DNA from: an uncultured Chloroflexia bacterium
Lineage (GTDB): Bacteria > Chloroflexota > Anaerolineae > Anaerolineales > E44-bin32
Direction: 5' to 3'
Assembly: GCA_963727915.1 (NCBI GenBank)
Contig: CAVSID010000001.1
Coordinates: 124,954-188,953 of the forward strand
Length of the DNA stretch: 64,000 bases
Shown: piece after piece, positions 39,398-49,500 of the stretch
Layout: each line of letters begins with the position of its first letter
Position numbering within the stretch: the first letter of the stretch is position 1
Program-made: the position numbers and the translations under genes
Notes under the pieces: generated by a model
The model's input: only the letters and a program-made list of their open reading frames with translations
What the model was told of the DNA's origin: nothing
Database searches by the model: none

Positions 39398-40660
39398 TTA
39401 GCCCGAAGCGAAAACGTCGGTCTCGCTTGGTTCAAAATCGGGGAAAACCTGACCCACAGCCGGGTTTTTGAGCCGCTTTCGGCACAGCTCGCCGAGAACA
39501 TCTCGGTAGTCGGTAGTCACGGCCAGATCCCCCGGTCCGAACAGCTGGCCTTCGCCCATGCCTGGCCAGCTTCCGTGCACCTGTCCGCCGCGCACTTTTC
39601 CGCTCAACAAGAGAAGGGCACCTCCGTGGCCGTGATCGGTGCCCAAGCTGGCGTTCTCGTAGGCCCGACGCCCGAACTCGGACATGACCACAACCGACAC
39701 GCCGTCCATCCCCTTCCCCAGGTCGGCGTGCAGGGCCGCAAGCCCCCCGGCCAAATCGTCCATCAACCCCGACATCAACCCCTGGCTGGCGCCTTGGGAG
39801 AAGTGCGTGTCCCATCCACCCAAGTCGATCGCCGCCACTTCCAGACCGACTTCGGCTGTGATCAACATCGCCACCTGCTTGAGACCCATGCCAAAATCCG
39901 ATGACGGATAGCGTGCACCGGCGGACGGCACATAGTGGGACGGGTCCAGCTTCTTCAGAGTCCGCAGGACATCCAGGGTCTCCTTACCTACCCCTGCCAG
40001 GGCTTCATCGCTCTGGTACAGACTCGAGAGAATCGTTTGCATGCGCGCCGTCGCCTGCAGGTCGCCCCCTAGGTGAAAGTCGGCGATCGACTTCAGCGCC
40101 GTCACCGGAACCCGCCCACGCAGGCTGCGGGGCGCCTGTTCACCCAGGCCGATCGCCCGCAGGGGTGAGGCGTTGCCCGTGTCGAGGCTGGCCAAGTGCC
40201 GTCCGACCCAGCCGGAAGCCGGGCCGCGCTCGTCGGTCACACCCCGCTCCATCAGCTCCATGGCCCGAAAGTGGCTGCGCGACTCGTCCGGCGCTCCGCA
40301 GGCGTGGACGATCCCCAGGTGACCTTCTCGCCAGGCTGGCAGGAGAGGCGCCATCGACGGGTGGAGCCCAAAGAACCCATCCAGGTCAACCACGCGGTCG
40401 GAGGCCTTGGCGCGCTTGTCATCCGGCCGCGGGATCCCGAGCGTCGGGCGCATCTGGTAATAGGCCTCCTCGCCGTGGGGTACGACCATGTTCAGCATGT
40501 CGGCGGCGCCTCTCAGGAAGACCACCAGCAGCACATCGCCTCGGGGCGCCTTGCCGCGTGGTGCGAATGCCATGCGCGGCAGCCAACCGGGCCAGTTGGC
40601 CTCTTCCGGGACGTGCACGCAACAGTCAAGCACCTGCTCTCGGGCAGGGGACCAACTCAT
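39398..40660 (-). CDS. DUF1501-family protein (sulfatase/alkaline-phosphatase-like)
   Basis: Intact 420 aa with LGGWDTH, MSEFGRR and GTDHGHGG. Confidence 0.85.
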   Translation of the reverse strand: MSWSPAREQVLDCCVHVPEEANWPGWLPRMAFAPRGKAPRGDVLLVVFLRGAADMLNMVVPHGEEAYYQMRPTLGIPRPDDKRAKASDRVVDLDGFFGLHPSMAPLLPAWREGHLGIVHACGAPDESRSHFRAMELMERGVTDERGPASGWVGRHLASLDTGNASPLRAIGLGEQAPRSLRGRVPVTALKSIADFHLGGDLQATARMQTILSSLYQSDEALAGVGKETLDVLRTLKKLDPSHYVPSAGARYPSSDFGMGLKQVAMLITAEVGLEVAAIDLGGWDTHFSQGASQGLMSGLMDDLAGGLAALHADLGKGMDGVSVVVMSEFGRRAYENASLGTDHGHGGALLLLSGKVRGGQVHGSWPGMGEGQLFGPGDLAVTTDYRDVLGELCRKRLKNPAVGQVFPDFEPSETDVFASG

Positions 40661-40664
40661 CGGA

Positions 40665-42154
40665 CTACCTCCATTGAAAGGCGGGGGATGCCAACAGGCC
40701 GGCGGTGATCACCGAGGCCACATCTTGGGTTGAGTCGGCGCCGGATTGGCGGAGGCCCTCGGAGAGAGCGTGGGCGACATCAGGCGCCGGCGCCCTTCCT
40801 AAGAGCAGCAGGCTGAAGGCTGTCAGGATCTGGCTCGCTGAAGACGCTCTGGAAGCTTCGACCAGCACTGGCAGGCGCGCCCGAGTTCCCTCGAGCTCAT
40901 CCTGGGCCAACTCAAGGGCGAATGACCAGCGGGAAGCAGGTTGCTCGCCCAGGCCTCCTCCACGTCCGGTGCCCCATCTGGCGTGGGCCAATCGAACAGA
41001 CCTTGCCCCATGGCCGACAGGTGGCTCTGAACGGTCGCCCCGCCATCGCTTTCGGCCTGCAGAAGTCTTAGAGCCGATGACACAAAATCCGAAGGCCGCT
41101 TGAGCTTTGGGGGCAGCGTGAATTCGGACCGGGCCAGGTTATCCAACAGGATCGTCTTGAGCACAGCCTTGATCTCGCCACCAGAATCAAGGAAGGCCTG
41201 GGCGGCTGCCGCAACCAATATCCGGGGCGGCAGCCAGCGGATGATCCACAACGAACCGCTCCACCAGTTGGGCGGCGAGGTGCTGAGCTGTCGCCGGGTG
41301 CAAGGCCAGCCGCGCCAGCACCTCTTCTGCCTCGCCTTCGTCCCCCTGGTTGTATTACCTGTCCCAGCACCTTCTTCGTCCCCCCGGCATGCTGGTCGGG
41401 ATCGAATTGGAATTGGCCGCGCCAGAAGTTGCGCTTGACCCCCCATCCTGTAAGGCAGCGCGCCAGCTGCATGACATCCTCCTGGGTATAGCCGCTGCCC
41501 ACACCCAGGGTGTGAAGCTCCATGACCTCCCGGCCGTAGTTCTCGTTCGGCGCCGCCTTCTCATTGGCCTGGTTGTCCAGATAGACGAGCATGGCCGGTG
41601 AGTGGGCGGAGGCCAACAGCAGATCCCGGAAGTTGCCCAACGCGTGCTTCCGCACCACCTCCCTGTCGTCCACGACCTTCAGGAACCAACAGTCGCCCTT
41701 GGCCACGTAGATATTGAAATGGTCGGTCCAGAACTCAACCATTCGCTCGTAGAGCTGACGGTTGGCTGTGTTGGCGCCGGATCAGGGTGGACCGACGGAG
41801 CTGATCCACCACCGTGTCCTGCTCCCAATCAGCCAGCGCATCGGCCCGAAGCGCGAGCGCATCGTATGGCCGCAGGCGAATCTCCAATCGCGTGTCATCG
41901 ATCGCTTGTGGTTCGAGTTGGCCCTCGATCCAGGCCGCCAGGCCGTCGTCGGCCGCCGTTTGCCGCTCGATCGGCAGCGGCCCGTAGGTCATGCGCAGCA
42001 GCTTGCGGAAGATAACCTCCCCAGCTTCGGGCCAGGCCTCAGCGGCCGTCCCGAACTCCGCCAGCCGGTCATATGTCGGGGCACAGGCCGTGATGGCAGC
42101 CGTCCCGGCCACCCATCCGCTAAGTCGCAGAAAATCACGCCGACTGAGGCTCAC
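40665..42154 (-). CDS. DUF1800-family protein with Tat-type signal (at least 3 frame breaks)
   Basis: MSLSRRDFLRLSGWVAGTAAITAC (41735..42154), then MVEFWTDHFNIYV...NENYGREVMELHTLGVGSGYTQEDV (41068..41742). The tail fragments are 40823..41446 and 40665..40991. Confidence 0.8.
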
Positions 42155-42682
42155 CAGCCAAGCTCCCTTCGACGCCCTTCGGGCTCGCGCCTTCGGTCTG
42201 CGGCTCTGGCAGCCACCCCAGCAGAGCGAACAGGCTGGCTCCTAGGCAGACGATGATTGTGATGGGAATCACGATCAGCCAACCCAGGAAGGGGAAGGCA
42301 GCCGCCAACTCGAGGGCCAGCGCACCGCCCAAGAAGGACCGGAGGTTGGTGGGCGACCAATCCATCCGCACGGCGAGGTGCTTCCCCATCGATGCCGCCA
42401 AACCCGCTGCGCCGAAGCTGGCGACGATCAGGACAAACATCAGCGTATGCTGGCGATGAACTTGGTCGGACCAAAGGGCATCGCAAATAGGATCAAGATG
42501 GGCACGCTTAGCACGACGGCGCCCAGCAGGCCGAAGGCCAGAGTTCTCCCCGGCGTCTCACTCAGGCGCAACTCAGCCCGGGCGACGATCCTGGGAAATA
42601 GGAGCCACCAGGCGGTCAGCATGCCGGGAAAGACGATCCCCAAAGCCAAGAGCGTTCCGAACACAGCGTACACGTCTGCCAT
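42135..42682 (-). CDS. Polytopic membrane protein, paralogue of 43375..43896 (frame break near 42440)
   Basis: ORFs 42440..42682 and 42135..42440 join as ...GPTKFIASI|LMFVLIVASFG.... GAGGAGG lies 5 nt upstream of the ATG at 42682. Shared pattern with the paralogue: FP..(V/I)..R....SPG....G(L), then PF(L/V)GW. Confidence 0.6.
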
Positions 42683-42977
42683 TGCAGCCTCCTCGGACTG
42701 GCGTATGTCGCCGGCTTCTAAGGTTAACTACAGGGGCGGGGCGCGGATTGTCGCGATCGACGGCGGGGCCCACCAGTTGACGGCGCTATCTAATGGACAT
42801 TTCAGGCCGACGCGTGCTGGTGCGAGAAGAACGCACCGACGGCGACGTGATGGGCGCTGCCAGGGCGACTCCGGCCTAACCTATCGAGTAGGGTCGAGCC
42901 TGTTCGCGCGGGCTGGTGGAATTCAAGAGAGAGGGAGACTCACTGATAGGGGATCGCCGAAAGCTTGAGAGAATCAA

Positions 42978-43021
42978 GCCTCCCGGGCTGCCTGGACCAC
43001 TATCCAGGCGGCTCGGGAGGC
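42978..43021 (+). other. 19-bp stem / 6-nt loop hairpin. All pairs are Watson-Crick or G.U when read on the plus strand. There are two A.C mismatches when read on the minus strand.
   Basis: GCCTCCCGGGCTGCCTGGA-ccacta-TCCAGGCGGCTCGGGAGGC. I checked the pairing base by base. Confidence 0.6.
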
Positions 43022-43075
43022 TTGCGTATAGCTCGGATCAGGCTTATCCGGCGCCTGAAGTGCCTGCCAAGAAGA

Positions 43076-43147
43076 CTACTGCAGGACGGACCGAGGCGTG
43101 AGCAGAGCGCATGCCAAGAAGAACAGGACGACCATAAGGATGGTCAT
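43076..43147 (-). CDS. Candidate 23-codon hydrophobic small ORF (MTILMVVLFFLACALLTPRSVLQ)
   Basis: Hand-translated. GGAGGA lies 3 nt upstream of the ATG. It has its own promoter-like element (next feature) and is followed 55 nt downstream by the long hairpin. No homology evidence is possible. Confidence 0.3.
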   Translation of the reverse strand: MTILMVVLFFLACALLTPRSVLQ

Positions 43148-43167
43148 ATGTCCTCCAATCTGGCTCC

Positions 43168-43196
43168 AGCGTAGCACGGATTTGGTCGGATTTCAA
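43168..43196 (-). promoter_or_regulatory. Candidate promoter (TTGAAA - 17 nt - TGc TACGCT) for the small ORF
   Basis: The reverse strand reads TTGAAAtccgaccaaatccgtgcTACGCT, with -35 at 43191-43196 and -10 at 43168-43173. Confidence 0.45.
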
Positions 43197-43374
43197 TAGG
43201 CAAACTACCCGATCGTATAGGTTGTTTGGGGGCATTGTCCTACCCAAGGGCGGCAGAATCCCATGCATAGGGGTAGGCCAAGGTAGGGAATTGGCTCGAG
43301 GCAAGCTCAAGCAGGGTGAGACGCAGGTAGGATCTGTTCGACTGACCAGGGCTGTCCGAGCTGAGGGCTGGAGC

Positions 43375-43896
43375 TCAGGCGTCCGCCTCCGGGACCGCGT
43401 CCCCCTGTTTGCGGAACAGGCTGAGGATGAATCCACCGATCCCGAAAAAGCTGACGTAGGGCAGCACGCCAAACCACCCTACAAATGGGGTCAGGCAGGC
43501 CAGCACCAATCCGATGCCGCCCAACAGCGTCCTGTGCCGTGGCCGAGCGCTCGGGAAAAGACGACCGCCGACCAACTGCGCCGATCCTGTCAGGCCGAAG
43601 GTCAGCAGGCCGACCAGAATGGCGAACAGGGCCACAGCCGGCGCACGCAGCAATGCGAAGCCCAGGCCATCGGCCAGCCCCGCCAGGGCCAGGGCTATCC
43701 CGCCCATGAACAGGCTGTTGACCAGGCCGATGGCGAAGGATGCGCCTGGGGAAGACTCCATGCTTCGGTGTGTGCGAGAAGTGACGGCCGGAAAGAGTGC
43801 CGCCACGACGGCGAAGAGGGCGACCAGCGTCAGCCCGACAGCGATGGTTAGGAGGACGATGGATCCACCGTTATTCATGTTGATCTCCATTGGCAA
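43375..43896 (-). CDS. Polytopic membrane protein downstream of the anti-sigma gene (paralogue of 42135..42682)
   Basis: Intact 173-aa ORF with 4-5 hydrophobic segments. It starts 5 nt after the anti-sigma stop. Confidence 0.65.
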   Translation of the reverse strand: MPMEINMNNGGSIVLLTIAVGLTLVALFAVVAALFPAVTSRTHRSMESSPGASFAIGLVNSLFMGGIALALAGLADGLGFALLRAPAVALFAILVGLLTFGLTGSAQLVGGRLFPSARPRHRTLLGGIGLVLACLTPFVGWFGVLPYVSFFGIGGFILSLFRKQGDAVPEADA

Positions 43897-43900
43897 GCGA

Positions 43901-44493
43901 TCATGCCGATCTCCTGTCCTCGTGCCGCGGCTGCCCAGCCCGGGTCAGGATCAATCCGTTGGCGGCCAGGCCTGCCAGAAGCAGCCCCACCAGCAGCACT
44001 GCCCAGCCAGTCACCGGAAGGGCTGCCGCCAGCGGGGCCGTAGCGCTGGCCGAGAGCGATTCGACCGCCGAGATGCCCAGTTGGATCGGCGTGACCAAGG
44101 AACGCAGCCAGATCGCCGGGTCGCCCGGATTGAACCACGCCTGGAGTGACACCGCCAGACTGGAAGACCACGCCGGCGGAGTCAAGTCTAGCCAGCTCAA
44201 CGCTGCGACCAATGAACCGGCGCCGAGAGCCAGCTCGGCCACCAGGAGCCAGCGGGCGACCGAGCTGATGGCCCGCCTCGGCTCGAGGCGGGCCAGGACG
44301 CCGGGGACGAGACTTCAAATCCGGCACTGTCTCCGGAAGGGATTCGATCCGCTGCGTACAGCTGCTGGAACGATCGCAGCCTGGCCATGCACGACTGGCA
44401 TCCATCGAGATGATCGGTTACCAGAACATGCCGGGCCGCGCTCAACTCGCCGTCGAGGAATGCCTGGAGGTCGGCGTCGCTGATATGGTTCAT
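43901..44493 (-). CDS. Anti-sigma factor (zf-HC2 N-terminus, TM, extracytoplasmic tail). At least 2 frame breaks near 44250-44360.
   Basis: MNHISDADLQAFLDGELSAARHVLVTDHLDGCQSCMARL carries the H-x3-C-x2-C motif. The TM/C-terminal part lies in ORF 43901..44242. It overlaps the sigma gene by 4 nt. Confidence 0.7.
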
Positions 44494-45044
44494 CCCAGCC
44501 CTTCCGATCTCAGCTGATCGGCCAGTGCCTTTCGGGCCCGGTAGAGATGTGTCTTGACCTCGCTCATGGTCAACCCCAACGCCCCGGCGATCTCGGCATA
44601 GCTCAGGTCCTGATAGTGTCGAAGCTCGATCACTGCCCGGTAGTGCGGCGGCAGCGCCTGTAGAGCTGCCATCACGCTCTGTTCCCTCTCCGCCCTCTGC
44701 AGTTCCTTTTCCGGCTCACCAAGGCTGGCGACCGCGTACTCGCCAAACTCCTCTTCCAGAGGAGCAGTGGCGGGATCTGCGCGGTTGAGATGATTGAGGC
44801 AAACATTGGTCGCCACCCGTCGGATCCAAGGCCCAAACGGCCGATCGACGTCAAACGTTTCGAGGCGCCGGAAGGCCCGCACAAAGGCGTCTTGCGCCCG
44901 GTCTTCGGCTGTTTGACGCTCCCCCATCAAGCGATAGCAGACATTGTATACCGACGTCTGATAGCGCTGCACCAGCTCTCCATAGGCCTGGACCTCTCCG
45001 CGCAGGGTGCCCAACACCAGTGCTTGGTCTGTCAGTTCGGGCAT
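44490..45044 (-). CDS. ECF-type RNA polymerase sigma-70 family factor
   Basis: Region 2 reads YNVCYRLMGERQTAEDRAQDAFVRAF...GPWIRRVATNVCLNHL. Region 4 reads LSYAEIAGALGLTMSEVKTHLYRARKAL. Confidence 0.9.
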   Translation of the reverse strand: MPELTDQALVLGTLRGEVQAYGELVQRYQTSVYNVCYRLMGERQTAEDRAQDAFVRAFRRLETFDVDRPFGPWIRRVATNVCLNHLNRADPATAPLEEEFGEYAVASLGEPEKELQRAEREQSVMAALQALPPHYRAVIELRHYQDLSYAEIAGALGLTMSEVKTHLYRARKALADQLRSEGLG

Positions 45045-45139
45045 CTGTCCTATCCATCATACACGTCGGGGCCGGCGAAAGTCGCGCCCGCTCTGGCGGG
45101 CGGTGGATCGTCACCGCGCAGCCGACCTACCACGACCCG

Positions 45140-45169
45140 TGGACGTTCCCGCCGGGCCTGTGTTATACT
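45140..45169 (+). promoter_or_regulatory. Candidate extended -10 promoter for rplS (TGGACG - 18 nt - TGt TATACT)
   Basis: Seen in sequence: cctgTGtTATACTcg, with the -10 at 45164-45169. Confidence 0.4.
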
Positions 45170-45224
45170 CGTCTCCCATGCCGCCCGCAAAGGGCGGCCG
45201 GCTATCTAACCACCAAGCATAAGG

Positions 45225-45602
45225 GTGAACGACATGAGCGACCAGACAGAGAACAGCGCGCCCGTGCGCGTACCGGTGGCGCCGGACAATGAGAATATCC
45301 CCCAATTGCACCCCGGCGACAGCGTGAACGTCCACGTCCGCATCAAGGAAGGCGAACGCGAGCGAATTCAGGAGTTTCGCGGCACCGTCATTCGCATTCG
45401 GAACGGCGGCAACAGTGCCAACTTCACGGTTCGCCGCGTCGCCTCTCACGGCATCGGCGTCGAGCGCACGTTCCTGATACGGTCGCCCGTTGCTGGACAA
45501 GGTAGAGATCGAGCGCAGCGCTCGGGTACGCCGAGGTCAGCTCTACTATTTCGTGACCGAACCGGGAAACGCGCCCGGCTCAAGGAAAAGCGGCAGACTT
45601 GA
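45225..45602 (+). CDS. rplS: 50S ribosomal protein L19 (two compensating frame breaks near 45489 and 45551)
   Basis: HPGDSVNVHVRIKEGERERIQEFRGTVIRIRNGGNSANFTVRRVASHGIGVERTFLIRSP, then the +1 frame reads LLDKVEIERSARVRRGQLYY, then the original frame resumes with RDRTGKRARLKEKR. Confidence 0.9.
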   Translation: MNDMSDQTENSAPVRVPVAPDNENIPQLHPGDSVNVHVRIKEGERERIQEFRGTVIRIRNGGNSANFTVRRVASHGIGVERTFLIRSPVAGQGRDRAQRSGTPRSALLFRDRTGKRARLKEKRQT

Positions 45603-45622
45603 CATCCTCCTGGTTTGACCAA

Positions 45623-45655
45623 GTGCAGCCGGTGGCTGCACCTTTTCTTTTTTGG
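45623..45655 (+). terminator. Intrinsic terminator after rplS
   Basis: GTGCAGCC-ggt-GGCTGCAC followed by CTTTTCTTTTTTGG. Confidence 0.8.
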
Positions 45656-45719
45656 TAACTCCTGTTAGCCTGCTCCATATGTGGCGCCGTCAAGCTGATC
45701 CCAAGCACGGTCCCAACCA

Positions 45720-46565
45720 ATGCCCCCGAGCCCTGCCATGAGCGATTCCCGACCGATTGGCGTTTTTGACTCCGGCGTCGGCGGCCTTTCAATCTTGGCC
45801 GCCATCAAGAAGGCTCTCCCTGATGAAGACGTCATCTATTTCGCCGACCAGGAACACGTCCCCTATGGCCCTCGATCTTTGGAGGAAGTCGCCAGCTTCA
45901 GCCTGGGAATAACCCATTTTCTGCTGGGGCTGGATGCCAAGCTCATTGTCGTCGCCTGCAACACGGCCTCGGCGGCCGCGCTCACGGGGCTACGACAGGC
46001 TCTTCCCCAGGTGCCCTTTGTTGGCATGGAACCGGCGGTGAAACCGGCGACTGAGGTCACCAGGAGTGGGCACATCGGCGTGCTGGCCACACCCGCCACA
46101 TTTCAGGGTCAGTTGTTCGCGTCCTTGGTGGAACGGTTTGGCGAGGGGCTCGACATCCACCAGGCCACGGCGCCCGGATTGGTGGGGCGCATCGAAGATG
46201 GCGATCTTACCAGCCAGGCCACGCGGGAGATCCTGACCCGCGCCATTGCACCCTTACTGGCTCTAGGCATCGACACTCTCGTGCTCGGCTGCACCCACTA
46301 TCCCTTCATCATCCCTATGCTGGAAGACGTCGCCGGACCGACTGTGACCGTCATCGATCCGGCTCCCGCCGTCGCCCGGCAGACCCGCCGCCTGCTCGAA
46401 ACCCATCACCTTCTCGCCCCGGACGGCCACGCTGCTTCGCTGACTTATCTTTCGTCTGGTGATGCGGAACGACTGGCTTCTTTGGCACTGCAGCTAATCG
46501 GCCTCCACGGGTCAGCCCGTAGGGCCATCTGGAGTGTAGATGGCGGGCTGTTCCTCGACGGGTGA
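45720..46565 (+). CDS. murI: Glutamate racemase
   Basis: IGVFDSGVGGLS...YFADQEHVPYG...VVACNTASA...LGCTHYP. Confidence 0.9.
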   Translation: MPPSPAMSDSRPIGVFDSGVGGLSILAAIKKALPDEDVIYFADQEHVPYGPRSLEEVASFSLGITHFLLGLDAKLIVVACNTASAAALTGLRQALPQVPFVGMEPAVKPATEVTRSGHIGVLATPATFQGQLFASLVERFGEGLDIHQATAPGLVGRIEDGDLTSQATREILTRAIAPLLALGIDTLVLGCTHYPFIIPMLEDVAGPTVTVIDPAPAVARQTRRLLETHHLLAPDGHAASLTYLSSGDAERLASLALQLIGLHGSARRAIWSVDGGLFLDG

Positions 46566-46605
46566 GTGCGATGCTTTGATATCGATCGAGCCCATCCTTA
46601 TGCTG

Positions 46606-46642
46606 AAAAAAAGACCGCCGATCTATGGATAGATAGGCGGTC
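46606..46642 (-). terminator. Intrinsic terminator after gyrA
   Basis: The reverse strand reads GACCGCCuAUCUAUccAUAGAUcGGCGGUC followed by UUUUUUU (the A7 run at 46606-46612 on the plus strand). Confidence 0.75.
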
Positions 46643-46671
46643 CGGCTCTCGCAGCCGTGCTTGCGCAGTCC

Positions 46672-49243
46672 CTAGCGCTTGGTACCTCCACGAGGCTTGC
46701 TGGCTGTCCCCTTGCCCTTACGTGTCGTCTTGACCTTGGCTTCATCACCCACAGCGCTTGCAGCGTCTTCTTCGGCCTCCCCCTGGACGCCGGCTTGTTC
46801 GAGCTCGCGGGCGGAAATCCGCGCCACGCCTGCCACCGTTTCGCCCTTCTTGAGGTCGATGACGTGGACGCCCATCGTCGCCCGGCCGGTTTGGCTGATG
46901 CTGTGGACCTTGGTGCGAAGGATGATCCCGCCAGAGGAGATGATGCTCAGATCATCGTCCTTTTCGACCACCCGGGCGGCCACTACCTTGCCGGTCTGTT
47001 TGATCTTGTCCCGGCTGAGAGTTAAGACCCCTAAGGTCCCGCGCCCCTTGATCGGGTACTCACTCAGCGGCGTGCGCTTGCCGAACCCGTTCTCGGTGAC
47101 GACCAGCAGATCGGCCTTCTTGTCCACCACATCCATGGACGCCACGTAGTCGCCCTTGCGCAGCCCGATGGATTTCACGCCCGCAGCCGGTCTGCCCATG
47201 GCACGCACATTCTTCTCGTGGTAGCGCAGCGACTGCCCGTTGGCGGTGACCAGGATAATGTCGTCCTTGCCACTCGTCAGTCTTGCCCAACCCAGAGTGT
47301 CCCCCCTCGCCAGGTTCATGGCGATCAGCCCGGATGGACGGACTGATGAGAACTCTGACAGCGCAACACGCTTGATCTTGCCTTTGCGCGTGGCCAGCGT
47401 GCAGAAGCTGGCATCGTCGAAGTCTGCCACCACGGTGATGGCGGTAATGGTTTCGTCGGCATCCATACTCAGGATGTTCACCATCGGGATGCCGCGCGAC
47501 GTGCGATCTGCATCAGGGATCTGATAGACGCGCTCCGAGTACACCTTGCCTTTGTCGGAGAAGAACAACATGGTGTCCAGCGATCGCGCTGGCACGAGCA
47601 TCACCACTTCGTCTTCTTCACGCATCGTATGGCCGATCAACCCGCGTCCCCCCCGCCCCTGGCGCCGATAGGTAGAAGCGGCGACACGCTTGACGTAGCC
47701 GCGTTCCGTGACGCTCACGAGCACGGCCTCGTCGGCGACCAGATCTTCTTCGTTGAATTCTTCGCTTGCCTCGGGAGCGATCCGGGTGCGACGCTCGTCC
47801 CCGTACTTCTCAACCGCCTGATCGAGCTCTTCCTCTACCAGCTTGAGCATCTTCTTGGGGTGCGCCAGCAGATCTTCCAGATACTTGATCTGCTTGACAA
47901 TGTCCTTGTGCTCGTTCTCAATCTTCTCTCGCTCGAGGGCAGCCAGCCGGCGCAACTGCATATCCAGAATGGCTTGCGCCTGTAGCTCGGAGAGCTTGAA
48001 CTTCTTCATCAAGTTCTCTTTGGCCACGTCAGCATCGGCTGATTGCCTGATGGTCTTGATGACAGCATCCAAGTTGGCAAGAGCTATGAGCAGGCCTTCC
48101 AGGATATGCCCGCGAGCGCGTGCCTTCTCTAGTTCAAACTCCGAACGCCGCGTGATGACGCGCTGCCGGTGAGTGATGTAGATTTGAAGGGCTTTCTTGA
48201 GTGTCAGAAGGCGCGGCTCGCCGTCTACCAAGGCCAAGAGCTGAACCCCGAACGTGCTCTGTAGTGCGGTGTACTTGAAGAGCTGGTTGAGGACCTTCCT
48301 GGGTTGAGCGCCCCGCTTCAGCTCTACAACCACGCTCATGCCGCGCCGATCTGAACTCATCCCGCAGGTCGGAGATCTCATCCAATCGGCCCTCGCGGGC
48401 CAAATGGGCGATACGCTCGATGAGCCCGGCTTTGTTGACCTGGTAGGGGATCTCGGTGACGACGATCCTAAAACGGTTGCCGCCCATCTCCTCGATGTGC
48501 GCCACCGCCCGCATGACGATCCTACCCCGGCCGGTGCTGTACGCTTGCTTGATCCCCTCTACGCCGACGATCATCCCGCCGGTTGGGAAGTCCGGACCCT
48601 TCACGAACTGCATCAAGTCCTCGACGGTCACGGAATCCTGATCGTCGTCGTGATCGATCATGAACTTGATCGCTTGAGCCAACTCGCGCAGGTTCTGGGG
48701 GGGAATGTTGGTGGCCATGCCCACGGCGATACCGGAGGCGCCGTTCAGGAGCAGATTCGGAAGGCGTGCCGGCAGGATATTCGGTTCCTGGATTGACCCG
48801 TCGAAGTTATCCGAAAAATCGACCGTGTTCTTCTCGATATCGACCAGAAGTTCTTCGGCGATCCGGGCCAGGCGCGCCTCGGTGTACCGCATGGCCGCTG
48901 GCAAGTCCCCGTCGATCGAGCCGAAATTCCCCTGCCCATCCACCAGCGGGTAGCGCACGGAGAAGTCTTGCGCCATGCGGGCCATAGCATCGTAGATGGC
49001 CAAATCGCCATGCGGGTGGAACTTGCCGAGAACGTCACCGACAATTCGGGCCGATTTACGGTAGGATGAGTTGGCTCGGATCCCCATGTCGTGCATCGCA
49101 TACAGGATCCGGCGCTGCACCGGCTTCAGGCCATCCGCCGCATCGGGGATGGCTCGGGCGACGATGACACTCATCGCATAGTCAAGGTAGGCGCCCCGCA
49201 TTTGTTCGTCGATGTCGACTTGGCGAACAGTTCCAATTTCCAT
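46672..49243 (-). CDS. gyrA: DNA gyrase subunit A (single frame break near 48354)
   Basis: ORF 48134..49243 reads [32 protein letters not shown]...HPHGD...[10 protein letters not shown]. After ISDLRDE the sequence GAT GAG t TCA GAT CGG continues as [29 protein letters not shown]... in ORF 46672..48381. Confidence 0.95.
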
Positions 49244-49440
49244 AGGTGCCTGTTCTTTCAGGTGATCTCGGGACCAGAAATGGCCCGGTTTCGGGGCCGG
49301 AGTCTTAACCTCCTAATTATACCGCGGCGGCCCCCTTCTCGCCCCTAACACAAGGCTGTTTCGGCTCATTTGTTCTACCATGGCGGCACGCGGAATCGAT
49401 TGGTTTGGCGGAAGGTGATCGAGCTTGCCGGTTGCCTGAA

Positions 49441-49470
49441 TTGACAAGCGTGCGACCTGGTGCTAGAAAT
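49441..49470 (+). promoter_or_regulatory. Strong sigma-70-like promoter (TTGACA - 17 nt - TGc TAGAAA(T)) for the acylase gene
   Basis: TTGACAagcgtgcgacctggtgcTAGAAAT, followed by GGAGG 5 nt before the ATG at 49501. Confidence 0.6.
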
Positions 49471-49500
49471 CATCCCCATTCTCAAGCCTCGGAGGCTTCC

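Noticed and set aside
42978-43021. Calling the 19-bp hairpin a plain plus-strand intrinsic terminator
   Set aside because: No U-tract follows it on the plus strand, where the sequence reads UUGCGUAUAGC. On the minus strand only a modest U-rich stretch follows. I left it as a structured element of uncertain role.
43044-43472. 142-aa minus-strand ORF and 61-aa plus-strand ORF (42916..43101) in the 690-bp gap
   Set aside because: They have Ser/Arg/Pro-rich low-information sequences, no SD and no family resemblance. The only feature with translation signals is the 23-codon sORF.
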